The notes under the pieces were generated by a model. That model saw nothing but the letters and a program-made list of their open reading frames with translations, ran no database searches and was not told where the DNA came from. Shown here piece by piece: positions 27,019 through 39,597 of a stretch of DNA of 64,000 nucleotides. Both the position numbers and the translations under genes were made by a program. Source of the DNA: Squalus acanthias (taxonomy: Eukaryota); NCBI GenBank assembly GCA_030390025.1, contig CM059432.1:153204001-153268000 (forward strand), given 5' to 3'. Positions within the stretch are counted from its first letter, which is position 1. Each line of letters begins with the position of its first letter.

Positions 27019-27867
27019 GGCTGGAATTTTGCCGGTCCTCAGAGTGTGGGATTGGAGGCGGGACCGCTGTCAAAATGGCAAAGATTGACAGCGGGCAGGA
27101 AACCCGCTGTCAACCCGCCTCCAATCAATCTTCCCAAGTGTTGGGTCCTCGATTTGCACATGGACCTGACACCTAGCGGCGGGAAGAGGATTATAGCCAC
27201 TTACCTGGCTGTTAACAGATATTTGATACTTGTTAACAGGTTCTTTTTCAATTTTACCTCTTCTGCCTCGGATTCCCCGACGTCCGGACACCACGCCAGG
27301 TAAGTGTGGCGCGTTGTGAGTCTGCTGTAATGTTTCTGCATTGATGACAGCTGCAGAAGTGGTGTGAAGGATCCAATGGTGCACTGGTGAGTTTCAGAGG
27401 TAAGGAAATGTTGGGAAAATTATTTTTAATGCATTTACACTTTTCTGTAGGTAACAAGTTTTGAATTGGCTTAGTCCCACCTCATTGGGAGAACCTCTCT
27501 CACCAGTGACAGATCGCTTCTGTAACCTCACCTGCAGCTGCCATCTGTTCTAGCCTAAGGAGGGAGTCACTGGAGAGCCTGGGTGCAAGAGCTCACCTGT
27601 CATTGTCAGTGTTTGCAGCACCTCAATGCTGTCAAACACTGAGAAATGAGCTGTCAAAGAAAAATTGTGCATGGTTTCTTTAAGAAAACCGGCAGATGAC
27701 ACGTCATCAAATTACGTCATCTGACCGGCTTCTTCTTAATTGGCTGGCTTAACAAGGCCAATCGACGTAAAATCACGTCCGTTGGCCAGATGCAGTTGGG
27801 GGCAGGGCGGAAACCCGGAAACCAGCTGACCCGCTCCCAAGCTGCATCCATTTGCAAAATCACGCCC
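27019..27867. mobile_element. Non-autonomous Harbinger element inserted in CR1
   Basis: Termini GGCTGGAATTTTGC / GCAAAATCACGCC(C); flanks TTT / ATT; the CR1 reads aaatac-ttt-gtgtct across the insert. Confidence 0.85.
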
Positions 27868-27959
27868 ATTGTGTCTGTCTTCACGGAAGAAGACGCAAAA
27901 AACTTCCTGGAAATAGTGGAAAAAATAAGGAAATGGCTGAGAAATTAAACAAATACTTT

Positions 27960-30738
27960 GGCTGCGATTTTGTGCCTGGAGGCGGGATGGAGACGGGTCC
28001 GCTGTTGGGCGGGTTCCGGACCCGCTCCCAGTTCCCGCCGCCCTGCAGTTGAAATTTTCCGTTGATTGACCTCGTTAAGGCCGACGTGCGGGTTCTCCAA
28101 GGCAATTGCTGGGTGCGGGTCAGCTGCTCGCGTCTGATGAAGTGATGCTGGACTGATTATTTAAAGGGGCCATGTCCCCTCTGCAGATTCATTTCCATTT
28201 TGTTCCCTGAAGTGCTGGCTGCTGCAGGTATGGCAGCGTAAAAACCTAAGGCTGCTCCCCGCTTCGATCAGGACTCCCTCCATGCTCTTGTGGAGGGAGT
28301 GAGAGGACGTAAGGAGGTCCTCTTCCCTGGAGACGGAAGGAGGAGGCCTCCTCAGCATACCAAGGCAACTTGGCTGCAAATTGCTGAGGAGGTCAGTTCG
28401 AGGTCCGTCTGCATACGCACCTGGGTGCAGTGTCGCAAGAGGTTTAATGATCTGTTGCGATCAGCAAAAGTGAGTATAACATCACACTTACCTTCCATCT
28501 GCCTCTCATCTCTTCTCATCCCCATCACTCTGCATTGGCAACCTTCCCCTGCACATCCCAACTCACTCTAACATCCCTTGCACCCTCACCATCCCTCTCT
28601 TTCTCTGTACAGAATCATGTCACCATCTTACTATGCACCACTCACACTCTATGCAATGCCAACAACAACGCACAGGGAGGGAACTTGTTTGTGCACCTCA
28701 CTCCTTCATAGTCTCCCTCTAAACATCTATGTAATCACTCACTCCATCAATCTGTCTCAAACTCCACTTGTGTCCCTCATTACAGGAGAAGAGAGCCCAC
28801 AATTAAAGGGAGAGGGGGAGGATAGGAGGAAGCCCACCATCCCTGGCGCATCTAACGAGCACTGAGGAGGCAGCCCTGGAGATCGTCAGAGGTGCAGAGG
28901 AGCTGGAAGTGGGGGACGGAGAGACGGGTGTAGAAGAGCAAGCTGGTGACACAATTGATTTCCAACCCTATGATTTAGCATTCAAGAGTGACTAATATGC
29001 GATATGATGTTCATAGAGATTGAGTGCTAAGCAGCTGCACAATGGGATGTGTCTGCAACATACATTTCACTTGTCTAACTCATGCCTTTACTCCCCCACA
29101 GGACCATCGAGAGCCCCGCTCCCCACTGTCCAGGAGGAAGAGCAGGAGCATTCCTCAGAGGAACCACCAGCCTCTGAGGGAGCAGAGTCACCAGCATTCA
29201 GTTCACCCAGCACCAGCGCAGACGCACACCTCGATGGGTTTTTTGCGAGATAGACTAGTGTTGCCACCTGGTGTATCACAGCTCACAAGTGAGCAGGAGC
29301 AGATGTTGGAGACAGGTACAGCAGTGGAGAGTCCTCGTCGGAGGCCGCAGGGCACTCCAAGCTCTGCTCAGCTGCATGTAGACGCTGAGCCTCAGGGGCC
29401 ATCCAGAAAGAGAGCGGTGCTGGAACTTCAGAAACAAGTGCTGGAGGCTCTGAGTGGGTTTGCTTCCACGGTAACTGCGAGTGTGCAGAGCATGGAGGAG
29501 TCCACCTTAAACATTAGCAATGCTGTGGTGAACGCTATGGGCAATCTAGGTGACGCCATGGAAAGGATGGCAACCTCCATAGAGGTCCTAACTCGCCAGA
29601 CACAAGCCAACATGGTGGCTCCTCTAGATAGATGGTCAGCTATGGAGGATAGAAGGCCATCTATTGTGGAGAGGAACCAGAGGCACATGGACGTCCCGGT
29701 TATGAGGACTGTCAGTACAGAGATGGGTCCACATGGCCCCACCGATGTGCAGCAAGGTGCTCTCCAGCACTTTGCTAGCAGTGAAGTGCGGGTGACCCAT
29801 GAGAGGGACGGTGGTTCTTCGAGCACAAGGAAGTGGGGGCTCCTCTCCAAGCGCTCACACTCCCTTGCTGCTGCTGAGCCCTCGGTCAGAGCCCCATCTG
29901 CCTGAGCCAACAGAGATGGCCGAGTCTGCCCCCGCACAGCCGCAGGAGGAGCAGACTTTGGCAGGGCCCTCCAAGGCTCGCAAAACCAGAGGACAGCCGC
30001 CAAAGGTGTCTAAGCAGGAGCAGCAGGGAAGTGAGCAGGCTGCCTCCACATATGCTGAAGCCACAGGGTTCTCACAATGTAGAAGCACACGTGAGAGGAA
30101 GATGTCACGTTAATAATCACAAGGGTTCTCACTTGGGTGTTATGATAGATTTATTTGTAAAGTTTCTGTTCTTTGCCAATATTGTAATAAATTGATGTAG
30201 AACGAAGGTTTGGCATCGTTGCTGACAATTAGAGGTGGCACAGTTTAGGGTAAGTGCGCCTTTAAAATCCAGCGATGCAGGTTGCAGTGGATCTATAGTG
30301 CACAACATAAACTTGCAGCCTAAACACAGAATATGCCCCCCAAATTATTCAATCAGCAACCTCACAGATTTCTAAATGACAAGATTTGAGAGTGCAGCTT
30401 TTACTCTGCAGTTGCAGCTCTTAAGTTTCCAGCTCGCTGGTGTTCACGCCTCACTTACCCGGCGTGTTCTTGGAACGTCGTGAAACCCGACCCAGAAGCT
30501 GGAAAATCCAAAAATCCTGTGAAAACAGCTCTAAACTACCACTTAATAGGCAGTGAAGTGCCTTTACACCCTTTCCTGCCCCTTGGTGTCGGGTCCTTTT
30601 GCAAATCGGAGACCTGACACTCGGGAAAGTTGCGTGAGGCGGGATCACGGTGGGTTCGGAACCCGCCGTCAATCATTGCGAATTTAACCTCTGACCTGCC
30701 TCCAATCCCGCTCTCTTAGCGCCGGCAAAATCGCGGCC
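27960..30738 (+). mobile_element. Harbinger element carrying only the Myb/SANT-like gene
   Basis: TIR GGCTGCGATTTTG / CAAAATCGCGGCC (12/13 match); TTT TSD at 27957-27959 and 30739-30741. Confidence 0.9.
28230..30113 (+). pseudogene. Three-exon Harbinger Myb/SANT-like gene, disrupted (exons ~28230-28469, 28786-28945, 29102-30113)
   Basis: APRFDQDSLHALVEGV...TWLQIAEEV...RTWVQCRKRFNDL (Myb/SANT trihelix pattern). GT/AG sites at 28470, 28785, 28946 and 29101. In-frame stops (codon 4, exon 2) and frameshifts in exon 3. Confidence 0.85.
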
Positions 30739-31022
30739 TTTGGCTGGAATTTTGTCGGCGCTCAGAGGGTGAGTTTGGAGGTGGGTTCGTTGTCAAAATA
30801 GCGAAGATTGACAGCGGGTAGGAAACCCGCTGTCAACCCGCCTCCACGCGAGTCTCCCAGCTGTCGGGTCTGTCAGCGGAGAACTGACCCGACACCAAGT
30901 GGCGGGGAGACCATTGAGCTCATTAAATGGCTTGTTAAGAGCCAATTTAATGGTATTTTGAGGCTTCCTTCCAATTTTACGTGCTTCTCCACGGGTTACC
31001 CGCTGCTCGGGGAACACGCCAG

Positions 31023-31619
31023 CTCACTCTGTACAGGGCCTTGGTGAGACCACACCTTGAGTACTGTGTGCAGTTTTGGTCACCTTATCTGAGGAAGGAT
31101 GTTCTTGCCATGGAGGGAGTTCAGCGAAGATTCACAAGGCTGATACCTGGGATGGCAGGAATGACATATGAGGAGAGATTGGGTCGATTGGGCTTATACT
31201 CGCTGGAGTATAGAAGAATGAGAGGGGATCTCATCGAAACATATAAAATTCTGACAGGTCTGGACAAACTAGATGCAGGAAGAATGTTCCCGATGGTCGG
31301 AGAGTCCAGAACCAGGGGTCATAATCTAAGGATAAGGGGTAAGCCATTTCGGACAGAAATGAGGAGGAATTTCTTCACCCAGAGAGTGGTGAACCTGTGG
31401 AATTCTCTACCACAGAAGGTAGTTGAGGCCAAGTCATTAAATATATTCAAGAATGAGTTAGATATATTTCTTAAAGCTAAAGGTATCAAGGGATATGGAG
31501 AGAAGGCAGGTACAGAGAACTGAGTTTGGATGATCAGCCATGATCTCATCGAATGGTGGAGCAGGCTCGAGGGGCCGAATGGCCTACTCCTGCTCCTATC
31601 TTCTATGATTCTATGATTT
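31023..31619 (+). mobile_element. Young CR1 3' end nested in Harbinger
   Basis: Uninterrupted LYRALVRPHLEYCVQFWSP...KGIKGYGEKAG; tail (ttctatga)n. Confidence 0.93.
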
Positions 31620-32420
31620 GAGTCTGGTCTGATGTTTCTGATAAGCTGACAGCTGCAGAAGTGGTGTGAAGGAGGCCATGTTGCAAATGGTCAGTTTCAG
31701 AGCGCAGAAACTTTTGGATACTGCATTTGTAATACATATAGAGATTTCTTTAGCTTGCAAGTGTTTAGAGCCAACTGTATGTCCAGTGCCACCTCATTGG
31801 AACAACCTCTCTCACCATTGACAGATCGCTTCTGTCATCTCACCTGCAGCTGCCATCTATTGCAGCAACATTGAAAAAATCTGACCTTGGTCCTCCGAAT
31901 CCTTCCACGATCAGCCCCAACACCAACATCACCAGGTACACCAACATCACCAACAACAACACCAACCTTCTCCGCCATCACCTGATACTGCACAGGACAC
32001 AGGGCATCAGCCCCTGACAACACTGCTGCCCTGGAGGCCAGAGATGGCATCACCATGGCCAGATTTACTTCACTTGACGCTGTTAACCCTGGCTGCCATA
32101 TGATGCGTCAGGTTGACACCATCCCACACCAGCACCATAAAGCATCCCTTTAATGTCCAAGCCATTCCATGCACACTCATCACTATAGCGGGGGGAGGGA
32201 GGGGGGAAGTTATGTCTGAACATTCACTGAAACTCAGTAAGACACTTCTCAAGGTGCGCTCAGATCTGTCCAATAAGGGGGAGTGTTGGAAAAATAGATC
32301 TCACTGTATGACAACACATTACCAGAAACTTCACATGGACATTGGCTAAACCTCTCAAGTGCCTACCCTTGTGTGTTGTTAGTTGGTATGCTTGCAGTAG
32401 GATGAGGATGAGTGTGAGGG

Positions 32421-34197
32421 ACATAAGGACATAAGGAATAGGAGCAGGAGTAGGCCATTCGGCCCCTCGAGCCTGCTCCGCCATTTAATGAGATCATGGC
32501 TGATATTCTGCCTCAACTCCATTCACCGGCCCTATTGCCATATCCCTTGATGCCCTTACTAGTCAGAAATCTATCGACTTCTGTTTTGAATATACCCAAT
32601 GACTGAGCCTCCACAACCCTCTGGGGTAGAGAATTCCAAAGATTCACCACCCTCTGTGTGAAGAAATTTCTCCTCATCTCAGTGCTGAATGGCCTACCCT
32701 TTATCCTGAGGTTGTGGCCCCTGGTTCTAGGCTCCCCAGCCAAGGGAAACATTCTCCCAGCATCCATCCTATCAAGCCCTGTAATAATTTTGTATGCTTC
32801 AATGAGATCCTCTCTCATACTTCTGAATTCAAGAGAATACAGGCCTCGTTTACTCAATCTCTTCTCATACAACAGTCCTGCCATCCCAGGAATCAATCTC
32901 ATGATCCTTTGTTGCACTCCCTCTATGGCAAGTATATCCTTCTTTCAGTAAGGAGACCAAAATTGTACACAGTACTCCAGGCGTGGTTTCACCAAGGCCC
33001 TATATCATTGGAGTAAGACTTCTTTACTCCTGTACTCAAATCCACTTGTAATGAAGGCCAGCATACCATTTGCCTTCCTAATGGCTTGCTGCACCTGCAC
33101 ATTCACTTTCAGTGACTCATGTACAAGGACACCCAGGTCCCTTTGAGCATCTGCATTCCCCAATCTTTCACCATTTAGGAAATACTCTGCCTTTCTGTTT
33201 TTTCGACCAAAGTGGATAACTTCACATTTATCCACATTATATTCCATCTGCCATGTTCTCGCCCACTCACTGAGCCTGTCGAGATCCCCTTGAAGCCTCT
33301 TCACATCCTCTTCACAACTGACACTGCCACCTAGCTTTGTATCATCAGCAAATTTGGAAATGTTACATTTAGTCCCCTCATCCAAATCATTGATATAGAT
33401 TATGAATAGCTTGGGCCCAAGCACCGATCCTTACGGTACCCCACTAGTCACAGCCTGCCATCTTGAAAAAGACTCATTTATCCCTACTCTTTGTTTTCTG
33501 TCTGTTAACCAATTCTCAATCCATGCTAGTATATTACCCCCAATTCCATATGCCCTAATTTTGTTCACCAACCTCTTGTGTGGGACCTTATCGAAGGCCT
33601 TCTGAAAATCCAAATACACCACATCTACCGGTTCCCCTTTGTCTACTCCACTAGTTACATCCTCAAAGAACTCCAATAGGTTTGTTAAACAGGATTTCCC
33701 TTTCATAAATCCATGTTGACTCTGCCCAATCTTACTATTAGTTTCTAAGTGCTCAGTTATTGCATCCTTTATAATAGATTCCAGCATTTTCCCAACTACT
33801 GATGTGAGGCTAACAGGTCTGTAGTTCCCCGTTTTCTCTCTCCCTCCTTTCTTAAATAGCGAGGTTACATTTGCTATCCTCCAATCTGCAGGAACCATTC
33901 CAGAATCTATAGAATTTTGAAAGATGACAACCAATGCGTCCACTATCCCAATGGCCACCTCTTTCAAAACCCTAGGATGTAGGTCATCCGGTCCTTGGGA
34001 TTTATCGACTTTTAGTCCCATTAATTTTGCTAGTACTGTTTTTTTACTAATAATAATTTCTTTAAGTTCCTCATTCTCGCCACACCCTTGCTTTTCTCGT
34101 ATTTCTGGGAGGTTTTTTGTGTCTTCCTCCGTGAAGACAGAAACAAAGTATTTATTTAATTTCTCGGCCATTTCCTCATTCCCCATTATAAATTCTC
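32421..34197 (-). mobile_element. CR1 LINE, 5'-truncated, nested in Harbinger
   Basis: ORFs 33431..34186, 33005..33424 and 32513..32917 cover the RT domain through the C-terminus. Confidence 0.95.
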
Positions 34198-35512
34198 ACT
34201 AGGGGTGGCTAGTGAGATGGGGAAGTGATAAAGTAGATAGAGAGGGATGGGTGGAGGTGCAAGGTAAGTTGGTGTGAGTAAGGATGTGCAGGAGAAGGGT
34301 ATGGAAGGCAGAGTGATGGGCATGCATTGAGTGGCACAGCGGGGTGAGTTTGAGTGTGGCTTTGCAGTAACGTTTCGTGATCCACTGAGATCATTGAAAG
34401 GTTGGCGCCACTGCAGCCAGGGACCCCTGATGACATCCCTGCTTTTGCCCTCCTGTGCAATGTGCAACCAGGCTGCGTTGCTGTCCTGGGGGGGTCTCTT
34501 CCGCCCTTGGAAGGCAAGAGAACCTCCCTGCGTGCTGTTACTCCCACCATAAACATATGGAGGGAGTCATTTGAGAGCCTGGGTGCAAGCCTCTAGCTTT
34601 GTGCAGTGCTTGTCAGTGTTTGCAGCACCTCAATGCTGTCAAACACTGACAGAACAACTGTCAAACTCAATGTGGCTGTGGTCCCTTTAAGGAAACCGGT
34701 TGATGATGCGTCATCAAATGACGTCATCAGACCCGCTTCCTGTTAATTGGGTGGGAAGCCAGCAGGGCGGGCTTAACAAGGCCAATCAAGGGAAAATCCC
34801 TTTGACAGAGCGGCTGCAGCCGGGATCGTGACTGGAACCCGGCAACCAGCTCTCCTGTCACCATCCCGACACCGCTGAGAAAATTGCGACCTTTGTGTCT
34901 GTCTTCATGGAAGAAGACACAAAAAGCTTCCCGGAAATAGAGGAGAACCAAGGGTTTAGCAAGAATGAGGAACTGAAAGAAATTAGTATTAGTAAAAAAA
35001 TAGTACTGGTGAAATTCTTGGGACTGAAAGCTGATAAATCCCCTGGACCTGATGGCCTACATCCTAGGGTGTTGAAAGAGGTAGCTTTGAAAGAGAGATA
35101 GTGGATGCATTGGTTGATTTTCCAAAATTCCATAGATTCTAGAATGGTTTCCGCAGATTGGAAGGTAGCAAATGTAACCCCACTATTTAAGAAAGGAGGG
35201 AGAGAGAAAGCGGGGAACGACAGACCAGTTAGCCTGACATCAGAAACAGGGAAAATGCTAGAATCTATTATGAAGGATGTGGTAACAGGGCACTTTGAAA
35301 ATAATAATAGGTTTGCGCAGAGTCAACAAGGATTTATGAAAGGGAAATTGTGTTTGATGAATCTGTTTAGAGTTTTTTGAGGTTGTAACTAGCAGAATAG
35401 ATAAGGGGGAACCAGTGGATGTGGTGTATTTGGATTTTCAGAAGGCATTCGATAAGGTGCCACATAAGAGATTATTAAACAAAATTAGGGCTCATGGGAT
35501 GGGGGTAATATA

Positions 35513-35900
35513 CTACAACAACAACAATAACAACAACTTGTACTTATATAGCGCCTTTAACATAGTAAAACATCCCAAGGCGCTGCACAGGAGTATTTTA
35601 AGACAACAAATTTGACACCGATCCACATAAGGATAAATTAGGGCAGGTGACCAAAAGCTTGGTCAAAGAGGTAGGTTTTAAGGAGCGTCTTAAAGGAGGA
35701 AACAGAGGTAGCGAGGCAGAGAGGTTTAGGGAGGGAATTCCAGAGCTTAGGGCCTAGGCAACAGAAGGCACAACCACCAAAGGTTGAGTGATTATAATCA
35801 GGGATGCTCAAGAGGGCAGAATTAGAGGAGCACAGATATCTTGGGGAGTTGTTTGACTGAAGGAGATGACAGAGATAGGAAGGGGCGAGGCCATGGAGAG
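35513..35900 (-). mobile_element. L2 3' end nested in CR1
   Basis: (aac)n tail; near-copy of 22445-22820; CR1 atatact/atact-agcatgg continues on both sides. Confidence 0.9.
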
Positions 35901-36254
35901 ATACTAGCATGGATTGAGGATTGGTTAACGGACAGAAAACAGAGAGTAGGAATAAACGGGTCATTTTCGGGTTGGCAGGCTGTAACTAAATTCCAGGCTC
36001 TGTTTTACAATCAGGTTTAAATTTGGTTCTTCCTCCGCTCGCTTTCAAACTGCGTCTGTAACAGTGGGGAATAAAGTCTCTGAAACGGTTCTAGGGCCAA
36101 CCCAAGTTGCTGAGGAAGAGCTGATGGTGAGTTGTGCAAAAAATCAATATGGACAAAGCCTTAAAACTGTTGCTACATTTCCCGTTTGGATCATTTCCAC
36201 GGTGTGACTGTCGTCATTTAGCGCATTTTCACATCAGTAACTAAACATTTAACA

Positions 36255-36660
36255 GGGGGCAGAGCGGGTGGGGAGTGAAGGGGAATCTTACTGTGAGGGG
36301 GGCAGAGCGGGAGGGGAGTGAAGGGGAATCTTACTGTGAGGGGGGCAGAGCGGGAGGGGAGTGAAGGGGAATCTTACTGTGAGGGGGGCAGAGCGGGAGG
36401 GGAATCTTACTGTGAGGGGGGCAGAGCGGGAGGGGAGTGAAGGGGAATCTTACTGTGAGGGGGGAGAGCGGGAGGGGAGTGAAGGGGAATCTTACTGTGA
36501 GGGGGGAGAGCGGGAGGGGAGTGAAGGGGAATCTTACTGTGAGGGGGAATCTTACTGTGAGGGGGAAGAGCGGGTGGGGAGTGAAGGGGAATCTCACTGT
36601 GAGGGGGGAGAGCGGGAGGGGAGTGAAGGGGAATCTTACTGTGAGGGGGGAGAGCGGGAA
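36255..36660. repeat. G-rich minisatellite, ~42-43-bp unit, ~10 copies, some internally deleted
   Basis: Unit gaaggggaatcttactgtgagggggg(c)agagcgggaggggagt. Confidence 0.95.
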
Positions 36661-36984
36661 ATGGAGATACGGAGGATGAAGGTTCTCTCCTTCCTTTCAG
36701 TGCAGCTAAATTTCTTGTTGTCCCGCCACCTCCAGGATTTAATTATTTTTGGCTACACCAGCCACCATGTATAGCAGGCAAATTGCATTGACACCCATGC
36801 ACCCGCTATAGGCGGTGTGGACCGTAATTCATTGGTTGTTAAGCACTTTGGGACATCCTGAGCATGTGATAAGGTTAAGGTGACATAGCAAATATAAGAC
36901 AGATAGTGGAATACTCCAATTGATAGTTTATATTTTAGAGATCACTTTACAATATTGGTCAAAACTGTACAGGATCAACATCAA

Positions 36985-37125
36985 GGATATATACTTGAAA
37001 AGGAGCAGGGCTGTGGGGAGAGAGTGGGGGAGAGGGACTAATTGGAGAGCTCTTTCAAAGAGCTGACACAGGCCCAATGGAGCGAAAGGCCTCCTTCTGT
37101 GCTGTAAGCTTCTATGATTCTATGA
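36985..37125 (+). mobile_element. CR1 3' tail
   Basis: Reverse complement of the 7660-7790 family; tail ttctatgattctatga. Confidence 0.75.
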
Positions 37126-37454
37126 AGTGAAAAGTTAAAATACTTACAACTGACCAAGTTCATAAAACAATTTGTATTAAGTTCTCAAAAGCAAGGGAGG
37201 TAGGGTGTAGAGGCATGTGGTCGATAGGGACTGAAGTTTTGGATTTGGTTTACACCAATTCAAAATGAGCATGGGAACAATTTCAAGATTAATATAGAAT
37301 AATCTAATTCAAAATGTTAACACTATACCAGCATAAAGAATATACAAACTACAAAACAAAGGTCACGTCAAACCATTACCTGAAGTAAAAAAGTTTCATT
37401 GGAGCTAAAGCTCTTGGCATGGCAAATCCATAGAATCCATAATCCAAGATCAGT

Positions 37455-37800
37455 TAGTGAGAATTTGGAGATGTATGGGATAATCAAGGGCAGCCACCAT
37501 GGGTCTGTTAACGGTTAAATCATGTTTGACAAGTCTTTTTGAAGAAGTGACTTATTGTACAGATAAAGGGAATGATGTGGAAGCAGTGTATTTGAATTTT
37601 CAAAAGGCATTCAATTTATTGCCTCACAGGAGGCTTGTTAGAAAAATCCAGGTATACGGTATAAGTGGAGATGTAGCAGTATGGACAGAAAGTGACAGAC
37701 AAGAAAAGTTAGGGTTAATGGGCTTTGCTCAGATCGGAGAAGGATTGGAATCAGTGTACCACAGGGTTCATTGTTGGGTCTACTTTTGTCCAATTAATAC
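37455..37800 (+). mobile_element. Old CR1 RT fragment
   Basis: KSCLTSLFEEVT...VYLNFQKAFNLLPHRRLVRKI. Confidence 0.75.
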
Positions 37801-38234
37801 ATCTCACAAATATCTTGGTGCATTTTGCTGTGTATTCGCAGCTTTAAATATATATATGAAAAATAAAGGCCACTCATTTTCAAAACCAAAGCACTAGTAT
37901 AAATCCAGAATACCAATTCAAAAAGTGGGATTTGACTTATTCAGTCACTAATCAGTGGCCCTGGTGTTACCCCTACAGTTATAAAACAGTGGCCTAGAAA
38001 GTGGATATAGCCACGAAACAGGCAGTGTTAAGGTGCGATACCTCAAAATGATCTAGGTAGCACGCAAAATTCATGCTCACTCATTAACATGATTATAGTC
38101 TTGATTTCGGTGCTAAAACTGCTGCTCATTGGCTTAATGCTCAACAGGTGGACCAATATCGGGGCCAGTCTAATTCCCAGTCATGTATGGCACAGGTTTT
38201 ATTCAGTACGTAAAGGGGAGGCACATTGATGCTA

Positions 38235-38630
38235 CAACACCTCATTGTCAAGCCATTTCCAACTGGAAATGCGGGCACGGACTGCTTCATTATCTGAGGA
38301 GTTGCAAATGGAACTGAACACTGTGCAAATTTCTGACCCTATGATGGAGGGAAGGTCATTGATGAAGCAGGTGAAGATGGTTGGGCCTAGGACACTGCCC
38401 TGAGGAACTCCTGCAGCGATGTCCTAGGCCTGAGATGATTGGCGTCCAACAACCACAACCATCTTCCTTTGTGCTAGGTATGATTCCACCAATAACCTGT
38501 TCACCCACTGATGCTCAGTTTGGGTTCCAACAGGACCACGTGGCTTCAGACCTCATTACAGCCTTGGTCCAAACATGGACAACTTAGCTGAATTCCAGAG
38601 GTGAGGCGAGAGTGACTGCCCTTGACACCA
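38235..38630. mobile_element. LINE RT fragment with an internal inversion
   Basis: Minus strand reads [21 protein letters not shown] (~38350-38415); plus strand reads DAQFGFQQDH...DLITALVQTW (~38505-38580). Confidence 0.7.
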
Positions 38631-39079
38631 ATAACTTACAATACTGGAGGAACAAATTAAACAACTGCAAAAAAAAGCTCAATAATGGCTAGAACTTCTG
38701 ACATTTTTTTTAGCACTTGCATTCTTCTATCTTGTATAAATCCTCCTCACTTGGCTATGTTTTGCTGGGGCTGCGCGCGTGGTATTTTTAAAATTACAAC
38801 ACATCTTTTGAATTTATTTAGAATATCTATGTTTCTCTTGCCAAGGCTAGCACATGATTTTTAAATGAAAAAATGACGAAATGCTTTGCAAATATATATA
38901 TATATATTTCAAACAGACCGTTATACACCCGTTTAATCAATGTTACAATTTACATTTTAATCACTACTTGCAGTAACTGTCAAGCTCTGCTTCATAGTCG
39001 CTCCTTTATGGTGCGCTTTTAATTTGGACTCTGGGAGCCAGTGTCCATGAATTATCTCCTGGAATTTATGCTGTTAAGT

Positions 39080-39597
39080 TTGGCTCAGTCAGTATTGCCA
39101 CCTTGGCTCAGTCAGTATTGCCACCTTGGCTCAGTCAGTATTGCCAGCTTGGCTCAGTCAGTATTGCCAGCTTGGCTCAGTCAGTATTGCCACCTTGGCT
39201 CAGTATTGCCACCTTGGTACAATCAGTAGTGCTCGCTTGGCTCAGTCAGTATTGCTAGCTTGGCTCAGTATTGCCACCTTGGCTCAGTATTGCCACCTTG
39301 GCTCAGTATTGCCACCTTGGCTCAGTCAGTATTGCCAGCTTGGCTCAGTATTGCCACCTTGGCTCAGTCAGTAGTGCCAGCTTGGCTCAGTCAGTATTGC
39401 CACCTTGGCTCAGTATTGCCACCTTGGCTCAGTATTGCCACCTTGGCTCAGTATTGCCACCTTGGCTCAGTCAGTATTGCCAGCTTGGCTCAGTATTGCC
39501 ACCTTGGCTCAGTCAGTATTGCCACCTTGGCTCAGTATTGCCACCTTGGCTCAGTATTGCCACCTTGGTACAATCAGTAGTGCCACCTTGGCTCAGT
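39080..39597. repeat. Minisatellite of 19- and 23-bp units
   Basis: ttggctcag(tcag)tattgcca(c/g)c repeated about 24 times. Confidence 0.95.

Larger units (their letters stand above)
30742..34891. mobile_element. Internally deleted Harbinger element with two nested CR1 copies
   Basis: Termini GGCTGGAATTTT / AAAATTGCGACC; TTT at 30739-30741 and 34892-34894. Myb-gene remnant on the minus strand at ~34330-34590. Same family as 27019-27867. Confidence 0.88.
25790..35990 (+). mobile_element. CR1 ORF2 (endonuclease to RT) in pieces 25790-27018, 27871-27959, 34895-35510 and 35900-35990, split by nested insertions
   Basis: APE endonuclease motifs (TEMWLQ, GGGVALII, GVVYRPPN, LGKSDHNMI), then DKSPGPDGLHPRVLKE and [13 protein letters not shown]. 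The sequence continues across each insert. Confidence 0.92.

Noticed and set aside
28290..28571. Possible host MSANTD/NAIF1-like gene
   Set aside because: Inside a TIR/TSD-bounded element and interrupted by stop codons.
36331..36774. Repetitive ORFs (EGESYCEGGEREGS)
   Set aside because: Translation of the 42-bp minisatellite; no splice or homology support.
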